The position numbers and the translations under genes are program-made. A model generated the notes under the pieces. It saw nothing but the letters and a program-made list of their open reading frames with translations. It was not told where the DNA came from and made no database searches. A DNA stretch of 64,000 bases from positions 48,897 to 112,896 of the IMG/VR virus record IMGVR_UViG_3300025736_000010; one strand, 5' to 3'. Position 1 is the first letter of the stretch. Each line of letters opens with the position of its first letter. Origin of the DNA: a virus. Below, piece after piece: positions 37,927-45,632 of this stretch.

Positions 37927-38484
37927 ATGAAAGAGAAGTACGATGAAGAAATTATTGGAGAACGATGGGAACCAGTTGTTGGCTATAAAGGATGGTACGA
38001 GGTTAGCGATATTGGAAGAGCGCGTAATGTAGCGGACAGAAAGCATACATTCGTTGGTAAGATTCTGAAGCAACGCATAATTAGCAGTGGCTATTGCGGC
38101 ATTAGTCTTTGTAGAAATGGCGATCAACATGATGCGATTGTCCACCGACTAGTTATGGCCGCATTCGTCGGCCAATGCCCAGAAGGCAAAGAGGTCAACC
38201 ATAAGGATGGCGATAAAACCAACAATAGATTGGACAACCTAGAGTATGTAACACAATCTGAGAATATGATTCACGCATTTGATACTGGACTACATTCTCT
38301 CGGTGGCGAGAAAAACAATATGAGTAAATTGACTGAGGAGAACGTGCATGAAATTAGGCGGCTTTTGCGTGCTGGGTTGACGCATAAATCTATTAGCGCT
38401 CTTTTCAATGTTTCTCGCTCTTGTATTGGCCTGATCGCAACAGGGGAAAGATGGGCCTATCTAAAAGAAGAAGGGGAGGAATAG
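37927..38484 (+). CDS. NUMOD4-HNH homing endonuclease with C-terminal HTH
   Basis: WEPVVGYKGWYEVSD.G; VNHKDGDKTNNRLDNLEY. Confidence 0.9.
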   Translation: MKEKYDEEIIGERWEPVVGYKGWYEVSDIGRARNVADRKHTFVGKILKQRIISSGYCGISLCRNGDQHDAIVHRLVMAAFVGQCPEGKEVNHKDGDKTNNRLDNLEYVTQSENMIHAFDTGLHSLGGEKNNMSKLTEENVHEIRRLLRAGLTHKSISALFNVSRSCIGLIATGERWAYLKEEGEE

Positions 38485-39746
38485 TGGTAATTACAAAATT
38501 ATTGCTACAAAATGTGTTAAAAATCAAAGCCGTGAATATAACTCCAATGGGGAATATTGTAAAAATCACTGGCAGGAACGCTCAAGGGAAATCGAGCATA
38601 CTAGACGGCATAGAAATTCTGCTAAGAGGGCCTTCTTCTTTCCCGGATAAGCCTATTAGGGAAGGAGAAAAACAGGGCGCTGGCCAGATTGATTTTGGAG
38701 ATTTTGTAATCACAAGAACAATCGATCCACACAAATTAACAGTTGTCTATAAAGGGTCTGACGAAAAGATCAAGAGGCCGCAAGAGTTCCTGGATAGTCT
38801 TCTCAATAAATACACCTGCGATCCGTTGAAATTAATGGGCTTGTCGCCTTCTGAACAAATGAACGAAGTTAAGAATATTTTAGGTATTGACTTCACCGAC
38901 TTAGACAAAGAATACGATTCTATCTATGAAACTCGCCGAGATCTAAATCGGGACGCGAAAGCCTTGAATTCTCTAACTAAAGGATATAGTGCCGACTCTC
39001 CAGTAGATCAAATAGACGATAGCGAACTTCTGGCAAAACATAGTAATGCGCGAGAAGTAAATACTGCGAATGCTAAACTAAGATTCGAGCTTGAAACAGA
39101 ACGTGATCGCGTTAAGTCGTTGAAGGAAGATGCGGCAAAGTTAGAAGATCAACTTCGTTCGATCAATGAAGAGATAGACAAGCGAACGGAGTCAGGTAAG
39201 GCATTGGCGGAAACAGTAGCTGGCCTTGTAGACGTTGACGACGCCAATCTGTTTGCAGAAATACAACGTATCCAAAAACACAATAGCGAGGCAAGCAAGA
39301 ACAAAGAGGTGGTAGGACTAGTCGTTGAGCTAAATGACAACGTAGCTGCGATAGAAAAGATAGAAGCCAGGATGGAAGAAATTAAGGAATACAAGATCAG
39401 CGTTATTAGGGACGCAAAGTTTTCTATTGAGGGCTTGACTATACAGGATAATGCGTTATACTATGCAGGCGTGCCGCTCAACCAAGCGAGTCAGGCCGAA
39501 AAATTGCGTGTGTGTATGGCGTTATCAATAGCAGGTAAGCCAGAAATAAAAGTCATCCTCATGCCGCAAGCTTCGCTGTTAGATGAAGACAATATGGAAT
39601 TAGTATCAAAAATGGCGGAAGAGTTGGACTTTCAGATATGGATGGAAATCGTTGGTGATGGTGATCCTCTTTCTTTCGTGATTGAGGACGGCGAGGTAAA
39701 ACATTCCCCTGACGGCGACGTTGTGGGACAAGAGAAGTTATTTTAG
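38484..39746 (+). CDS. SMC/SbcC-like ABC ATPase
   Basis: GRNAQGKSS Walker A, long coiled coil, ASQAE signature; GGAGG RBS before GTG. Confidence 0.8.
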   Translation: MVITKLLLQNVLKIKAVNITPMGNIVKITGRNAQGKSSILDGIEILLRGPSSFPDKPIREGEKQGAGQIDFGDFVITRTIDPHKLTVVYKGSDEKIKRPQEFLDSLLNKYTCDPLKLMGLSPSEQMNEVKNILGIDFTDLDKEYDSIYETRRDLNRDAKALNSLTKGYSADSPVDQIDDSELLAKHSNAREVNTANAKLRFELETERDRVKSLKEDAAKLEDQLRSINEEIDKRTESGKALAETVAGLVDVDDANLFAEIQRIQKHNSEASKNKEVVGLVVELNDNVAAIEKIEARMEEIKEYKISVIRDAKFSIEGLTIQDNALYYAGVPLNQASQAEKLRVCMALSIAGKPEIKVILMPQASLLDEDNMELVSKMAEELDFQIWMEIVGDGDPLSFVIEDGEVKHSPDGDVVGQEKLF

Positions 39747-39754
39747 GGGGTAGT

Positions 39755-40153
39755 ATGTTAAATAAAGTTATGTTTATTGGGAGACTTACGCGGAATCCCG
39801 AACTAAAGACTGTTGGATCAGGAAAGTCCGTTACAACGTTTGGGCTTGCTCTGAACCGGAAATATAAAGACGCGCACGGCGATCTACAGGAAGACGTAAC
39901 GTTTGTAGACATTGTTTGCTGGGACAAGCTCGCAGAAAACGTCGCTAAGTACCAGACAAAGGGAAAGAGAGTTTACGTTGAGGGGCGATTACAAATTGAC
40001 GCAGTTGACGGAGAAGACGGCCGCAAGAAGTATTTCACCAAGATTGTCGCTCATACCGTGTTGTTCCTTGACAATCGTGAGGACTCAGAGCGAGCAAAGC
40101 CAGTATATGGCGACAACGTACCGTATAAAGGCAACGAGGAAGTACCGTTCTAA
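39755..40153 (+). CDS. ssb: Single-stranded DNA-binding protein
   Basis: NKV..IGRLTR.PE; VYVEGRL; C-terminal EVPF. Confidence 0.95.
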   Translation: MLNKVMFIGRLTRNPELKTVGSGKSVTTFGLALNRKYKDAHGDLQEDVTFVDIVCWDKLAENVAKYQTKGKRVYVEGRLQIDAVDGEDGRKKYFTKIVAHTVLFLDNREDSERAKPVYGDNVPYKGNEEVPF

Positions 40154-40164
40154 AGGAGGGGATA

Positions 40165-40911
40165 GTGGCTATTTGCGAGCGATGGGGTCCACTCAGAAAG
40201 GCACAGTTTGGCTCGCTTAACAATTGTAGCATTGGGGCTGAGATGCTTTATACAAGAATCTTGGCCCGATGTGACTGCAACGGAAGTTATTTTGCGACGC
40301 CGGAAAAGATTAACGGACGTTTGTTTGAGAGCCGCCACATAAACGGAGAAACATCGCCGTCAATTATAGAAGAGTGGATTGACGAACTAGAGAACAACGG
40401 ACTGATAGTTGTGTTTTCTGATGGCGGAGAAGAATATTTGAATATAGTTGGTGTGTTCAGTAGCCGAGATAACGAAGTAAAGGCCGAGTTTCCAATACCG
40501 GACTTTTTAGAGGAGGTATTAGCTTCTAGAGAATCTAATGATGCTGGATTGCAAGCACGCAATAGGGCTGCCGATAGGATAACTGATTACATAAACGAGA
40601 CTGCTAAGAAATACAACGTGAGTTTTAGCTATCGGCACTCTAAGACATCTAGGAATGTTATTATCCCTAGAATGCGCGACGACGGATATGTCGAATATGA
40701 CCTAAAGTTAGTCGTAGAGCATAAATGCATGGAGTGGCTTGGTGATGATAAGATGATGGGATTTGTCAGGCCAATAACGCTTTTCAGGGCGTCCAAGTTT
40801 GAGGGGTATCTTAACTCTGCTAGGGCATGGGCGGCAGGCGGAAAGAGACAGAAGGGCGGATTGTATAGAGGACAAGAATCAAAGGATGACTATGGAGCAG
40901 TGGTGCGTTGA
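40165..40911 (+). CDS. Phage replication initiator-like protein
   Basis: C-terminal EW..D.KM..FVRP.TLF..SKFEGYLN domain; precedes DnaC-like gene. Confidence 0.75.
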   Translation: MAICERWGPLRKAQFGSLNNCSIGAEMLYTRILARCDCNGSYFATPEKINGRLFESRHINGETSPSIIEEWIDELENNGLIVVFSDGGEEYLNIVGVFSSRDNEVKAEFPIPDFLEEVLASRESNDAGLQARNRAADRITDYINETAKKYNVSFSYRHSKTSRNVIIPRMRDDGYVEYDLKLVVEHKCMEWLGDDKMMGFVRPITLFRASKFEGYLNSARAWAAGGKRQKGGLYRGQESKDDYGAVVR

Positions 40912-41558
40912 TAATCAATCGAGATTTAATTGGAGATAGGTTCGCCGAGTGTTCATTCGATAGCTTTGAAGTGCTGTCAGCGGCGCATAGGAAGGCCCTG
41001 GATGCGTGTAAGTCGCTGTTAGATGGAACTTCTGGCGGCGTTGTGCTTACTGGGCCTGTTGGTCGTGGCAAGACGCACCTGCTTGTGTCTCTGGCTAACG
41101 AGTTTAATAGAGAGGCTGATCTAGAACTACTTGACGATAACGACTATGTATTAGTTACTGATCCTGGTAACTGCGTAGTGTTCTGGCCGCACAAAGAACT
41201 ATTCAGGGCTGTTACGGATGGGTTTTCAGACGGGTCTTCTTCTGGATATATTGAGGAATGCAAGGCTGCTGATCTTCTTATTATTGACGAACTTATGTCT
41301 GAAGGAACTGGCAATGATGGAAAAATAAGCCCGTATGTAAAGGAGCTTACTGAAGAGATAATAGAGCATAGGTACAATAAAGAGCTTCCAATAGCCATAT
41401 CAAGCAATTTAGGATTTGCACAAATGGGCGGCGCGTATAGCCCTCGTGTTGTTTCTAGGCTTGCTGATATGTGTGGAGATTGTATTATATTACTTAATGG
41501 AGATGAGGACTACAGGCTGAAGAAAAACGGGAGGAGAGATGGCAAAAAGAGATCCTGA
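40908..41558 (+). CDS. DnaC/IstB-like helicase loader ATPase
   Basis: GPVGRGKTHL; LLIIDEL; SSN; RVVSRL. Confidence 0.88.
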   Translation: MIINRDLIGDRFAECSFDSFEVLSAAHRKALDACKSLLDGTSGGVVLTGPVGRGKTHLLVSLANEFNREADLELLDDNDYVLVTDPGNCVVFWPHKELFRAVTDGFSDGSSSGYIEECKAADLLIIDELMSEGTGNDGKISPYVKELTEEIIEHRYNKELPIAISSNLGFAQMGGAYSPRVVSRLADMCGDCIILLNGDEDYRLKKNGRRDGKKRS

Positions 41559-42495
41559 CTTTAGGAAAGACGTGCTGGCGCTTGATGGGTATCGTTGTGT
41601 TATTTGTGGGTTCAATGGAGAAGATGAGGAGTATGTTGGATTCTTGCAGGCCGACCATGTTAGCCCTAGAGGATCTGGCGGTGACCCTACAAAGGACGAT
41701 AGAAAGAATGGAATGACGTTGTGTTCTAAGTGTCATAGCTTGAAAACAGATGAGATCATTCAGATCAAAGATAACGAGTGGGATCGCGAAGACAAAGAAA
41801 ACGGATTGACAGTATTCCAGAATGGAGCAATCAGAGATAGAGATACGTTGTGGTTCTATATAAAGCACGACAAGGAACTATTGGAACAGAGTATTGACGC
41901 TCTATCAGCAATGGCTTCCAGCGAAGCGCATAGGGCTAAGATCCTGGCGTTTGTATGGGAGCACTATAGCCTTTCTGGTGATTCTAAGTCGCCTCAACAG
42001 CTAGTCGCGGGACTTGGATTAGATCCTAATCAGTCTGAGAAAGAAGCAAGGGCATACGCACAACTAGAATCGTTAGGGCTAGAATGGAACGACGGCGTAA
42101 ACTACTCGAAAATAGAACTAATACTAAGCGCACTAGAGGGCAAGTCGTCTCTTACTGTAGAAGAGAACGCAAAATACACTGAGATATTGTTGCAAGCACG
42201 ATCAGCGTCATTCACTGATCTTAAGAAGGATTTCGTGGAAGATGGGCTGATAGAACCCAACGGTAATGGTTCGAGTAAAGAAAAGCTATACGTTGCGTGC
42301 AACAAGGATGATTTCTTCAAGCATTGCCGCCCAGTATTCGCTAAGGAAGGTGGAATTCCGCTGGACGACAATCAAATACTATTACGAGTTGATAAGGTAT
42401 ATTCGCCGATGCGTAAGCGTGCTGGTAGAGTTTTTGTTATGAATGGATTGATTGAAGAGGAAGTCAAGGTGGATAGTTATGAACCTACTACGTAA
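41539..42495 (+). CDS. HNH nuclease-domain protein
   Basis: DGYRCVICG...ADHV...NGMTLCSKCH. Confidence 0.75.
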   Translation: MAKRDPDFRKDVLALDGYRCVICGFNGEDEEYVGFLQADHVSPRGSGGDPTKDDRKNGMTLCSKCHSLKTDEIIQIKDNEWDREDKENGLTVFQNGAIRDRDTLWFYIKHDKELLEQSIDALSAMASSEAHRAKILAFVWEHYSLSGDSKSPQQLVAGLGLDPNQSEKEARAYAQLESLGLEWNDGVNYSKIELILSALEGKSSLTVEENAKYTEILLQARSASFTDLKKDFVEDGLIEPNGNGSSKEKLYVACNKDDFFKHCRPVFAKEGGIPLDDNQILLRVDKVYSPMRKRAGRVFVMNGLIEEEVKVDSYEPTT

Positions 42496-42839
42496 TTGGG
42501 AATCTCTGCTCTGTCGGCTTCCTCCAGCGCGTTCTTTGTTTCGCCGGGCTTGCCGCTATAAAACGCAATTACTCTGTCTGACTCTCCGATCATTTCTTTA
42601 TCACGGATAAGTCCAGCAATCGCACCAAAGCTTTCTCTGTCTGCTGGATAGCACTTGAATTCAATGTCGCTATCCAGCGCGTACTTTTTCGCCAACGATG
42701 ATGCTCCCTTGCTATCGCTTGAAATGATACTGATTGTTTCCTCAGCATGGATGTCTACGAACGTATCTAAGACAGATTTCATGCCAGGATAGTCGTTGAA
42801 ACTTTTGTCTCCGATAATCGCAATCCTTAGATCAGTCAT
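42477..42839 (-). CDS. SLOG (YspA/cpYpsA-related) protein, divergent
   Basis: RIAIIG..F.DY...IIS...GA..LA..YA...AG.IR..M...VIAF pattern. Confidence 0.7.
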   Translation of the reverse strand: MTDLRIAIIGDKSFNDYPGMKSVLDTFVDIHAEETISIISSDSKGASSLAKKYALDSDIEFKCYPADRESFGAIAGLIRDKEMIGESDRVIAFYSGKPGETKNALEEADRAEIPNYVVGS

Positions 42840-43195
42840 TAAACACGTCCTCCGCAATGATCGCAATAGTTATCGAAGTCAAGCACAAGTTCCATAGGTT
42901 CAGATGAATCAAATGCATCTTCCCATGAACCCCCCGGGGCGTATGTGAGACTTGCTAGTGCTGCAATCTGGCCCCAAGGAGACGATCCTTTCCAAAAGAA
43001 GAACGCAATCGCCTTAACATTATCGGACTCCTTTTCAATTAGATATTCGCAAATACCTCGCATAGTTTCTTCGTATGGATTTTTACTAGCAGTAGTCATC
43101 CTGTAGATGATTCGCTTAGTATCGTTCTTGGCGTTCACCGTATCTAGCATTACTTCTCGTTCCTGAATTGTTACATAACTTGGTAATTTATCCAT
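42839..43195 (-). CDS. Hypothetical protein
   Basis: GGAGG RBS; coupled to neighbours. Confidence 0.55.
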   Translation of the reverse strand: MDKLPSYVTIQEREVMLDTVNAKNDTKRIIYRMTTASKNPYEETMRGICEYLIEKESDNVKAIAFFFWKGSSPWGQIAALASLTYAPGGSWEDAFDSSEPMELVLDFDNYCDHCGGRV

Positions 43196-43511
43196 CGTTA
43201 TCCTCCTCCCACTTGCCTTCTTTTATAAGCCTAAGTATCTTCTCGAATGGAACTAGCGCGTATGCCTCGCCTCTGTCTTCTCGAAATACAACGATATCAA
43301 CACCGTCGTCTATTCTAAGATATTCGGGTAACTTCTTCCTGCGTTTCGCTTGAATCCGCACCCCGCCAATAACCACATCGACTTCTTTTACTTCTCCTAG
43401 AGCGCGGCCATCGCTGGCGTATGACCTTTCGGCCTCTATGCCAATTTCTTTTGCTTTATTTACAAGCTCCCTCTCAAAAACATTCCCCTTCACCTTATTT
43501 GGATGCGTCAC
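43188..43511 (-). CDS. Holliday junction resolvase-like PD-(D/E)XK nuclease
   Basis: KGNVFERE...VDV...IQAKR; GGAGG RBS before GTG. Confidence 0.75.
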   Translation of the reverse strand: MTHPNKVKGNVFERELVNKAKEIGIEAERSYASDGRALGEVKEVDVVIGGVRIQAKRRKKLPEYLRIDDGVDIVVFREDRGEAYALVPFEKILRLIKEGKWEEDNDG

Positions 43512-43686
43512 GCTATATAAACCTCCGTAATAGGGCATATCAAGTATGTCAAGCTAGTTAAGGGCGATTTCTTACGTGCAAATAAAATAGCAGTTTTGCA
43601 CATGCTAAAACACTGTCCCTGTACGGGTTTGCGCGCGCATCTTTCGCCTATTTTGCTAAAACGCTTCAAACGCCCTCGGATTACGC

Positions 43687-44019
43687 TCATCTTCCCTTGT
43701 TGGCGATAACGCTTGCCAATGAGCCAGCCTTGCGCGGTGATTTAATCAATAAAGACTGAATCGGTATTCTTCCAGAAACACTAATGACGTAAGGATGCTT
43801 AGTAGTTGACAACTCAAGCCCATTTTTATTGATTTTGAAAAACGGTGACTCAAGAAGTGCTCGTGTTATTACCGGTATATGAGAACCAACTTCAGCAGTC
43901 CCTTCTTTGGCCGATCTAGCGGAAAAGTAAATACAAACTTCTTGCTCGTCGTCCTTAAGCCCATTTTTGTCCGGTACATTTTCTCCATTCCATTTCGATG
44001 AGTACTGTAACTTAGCCAT
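43687..44019 (-). CDS. Hypothetical protein
   Basis: AGGGG RBS. Confidence 0.5.
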   Translation of the reverse strand: MAKLQYSSKWNGENVPDKNGLKDDEQEVCIYFSARSAKEGTAEVGSHIPVITRALLESPFFKINKNGLELSTTKHPYVISVSGRIPIQSLLIKSPRKAGSLASVIANKGR

Positions 44020-44027
44020 GTTCCCCC

Positions 44028-44219
44028 TTACCTCTCTCCGAATATAGCGTCAATATTATTAGGATGCCACCCAGCAGCCAATAGAACTGGCCTGATTAGC
44101 TCGTCTACCATTTGATCCATGTCAGGGTCCCAATTAGGAATCCCTACACTGTAAGCGCATGTACCTTCTGGATAGTCAACCTCCAACGTCAATCTAGTTG
44201 CGCACTTGTCTTCAATCAT
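44028..44219 (-). CDS. Hypothetical protein
   Basis: AGGAGG RBS; leftward TAGTGTATAAT promoter near 44245. Confidence 0.55.
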   Translation of the reverse strand: MIEDKCATRLTLEVDYPEGTCAYSVGIPNWDPDMDQMVDELIRPVLLAAGWHPNNIDAIFGER

Positions 44220-44330
44220 AGCGCCTCCTTCAATACAAACACAATTATACACTAATCAACGCCAAAAAGCAAGCCATTGACAAACGCCTTGAAATACTGT
44301 ATGATTGTGATCGTAGCGAAAGGAGTACCA

Positions 44331-44939
44331 ATGAGACGAAAAGCAGATAAGATTTTGGTCTGTGATGTAGAAAGTACCTGTTGGGCTGGATTCCCGCCAA
44401 AGGGTGAAAGAAGCGAAATCATAGAAATCGGAGTAGTTCCAGTTGATCTTAGAACGCATGAAATCGGTGAGGGTGAATCAATATATGTTTATCCAGAAAG
44501 ATCGACGGTTTCAGATTATTGCACTGACCTTACTGGAATAACTACTAAAATACTAAAAGACAAAGGCGTAAAGTATGTAGATGCCATTAGAACGCTAACT
44601 GAGAAGTACGATTCGAGAAAGTACACTATGATCTCGTGGGGCGATTACGATAAGAATATGTTCTGGAAGATGGCTGATCTTCATGTAACTGATTATCCAT
44701 TTCCGCCAACGCATATTAACCTGAAGTATTTCTTCGGAATGTGGATAGGGATGACAAACTTGATTGGCCTAAAGAAGGCGCTGGATAAGTTGGGAATGGA
44801 ATTTGAGGGAGTCCAACACTGTGGAAGAGACGATGCCTATAACACTGCTAGGATATTTGTGGCGATGCTTGATTCATTTAAGCTCGTGCGGGATATGAGC
44901 ATTGGCGAGCATCATGCGGAATGGGAGTCCCATAAATAG
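44331..44939 (+). CDS. DEDDh 3'-5' exonuclease (ERI1/KapD-like)
   Basis: DVESTC, EIIEIG, SWGDYD, HCGRDDAYN; promoter 44277-44305. Confidence 0.9.
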   Translation: MRRKADKILVCDVESTCWAGFPPKGERSEIIEIGVVPVDLRTHEIGEGESIYVYPERSTVSDYCTDLTGITTKILKDKGVKYVDAIRTLTEKYDSRKYTMISWGDYDKNMFWKMADLHVTDYPFPPTHINLKYFFGMWIGMTNLIGLKKALDKLGMEFEGVQHCGRDDAYNTARIFVAMLDSFKLVRDMSIGEHHAEWESHK

Positions 44940-44982
44940 CACACATAACAAAGGAGAATACATACGCGAAACATAAGGAGGA

Positions 44983-45240
44983 ATGATGAAGAAATGCTTG
45001 CGGCTTGAGGATGAGACTGGACACCATATCGGTGATGTCAACGAAAAGGTTCTTGTCGATATTAAGAAATTGCGAAAGCTTGAAAAGGCTGGCGTTTACA
45101 AATACTCTGCGCGTGAAGGTCTTGGTGGCGCCTATTACGAAATATGTGAGGGTGGTTGCCCTGTATGTAAACGAGATATGAAGCGCGATAAACATAAGCC
45201 AGGCTGCTGGTTAGGGAATTTGTTAAATGACAAGGAGTGA
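44983..45240 (+). CDS. Hypothetical protein (CPVC...H...C zinc motif)
   Basis: AGGAGG RBS. Confidence 0.55.
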   Translation: MMKKCLRLEDETGHHIGDVNEKVLVDIKKLRKLEKAGVYKYSAREGLGGAYYEICEGGCPVCKRDMKRDKHKPGCWLGNLLNDKE

Positions 45241-45243
45241 ATA

Positions 45244-45519
45244 ATGAGCGGTGGACATTTTGATTACGAATGCTTTAAGATTCAACACTTTGCGGATCAG
45301 TTGCGATGTGAAATTGACAACAATGAAAAAGAGGGAGACTTTGGCTACTTCTATGGCTTCAGCGAAGAGACTATCTCGCTGCTAAATGTTGCACAACAAA
45401 TGATTGATAACGCAGCAAAATTAGCATATCAAATCGAATGGTTATATTCTGGCGATATTGGAGAGGAACAACTTGTTGAGAGGATTAGTAAGGTTATGGC
45501 TGGATTAGATGCTTCTTAA
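45244..45519 (+). CDS. Hypothetical phage protein
   Basis: MSGGHFDY...IEWLYSGDIGE; AAGGAG RBS. Confidence 0.65.
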   Translation: MSGGHFDYECFKIQHFADQLRCEIDNNEKEGDFGYFYGFSEETISLLNVAQQMIDNAAKLAYQIEWLYSGDIGEEQLVERISKVMAGLDAS

Positions 45520-45632
45520 GAAACATAAGTCAGTCCCATAAATAACACACATAACAAATAAAACTTGAAAATCAACTGAATATATGGTATACTATTAGTC
45601 CGCATTAAAACGGAGAGAAAATTCAAATAAAT

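Larger units (their letters stand above)
44926..45558 (+). repeat. 27-nt direct repeat pair (44926-44952, 45532-45558)
   Basis: AGTCCCATAAATA(G/A)CACACATAACAAA. Confidence 0.85.
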
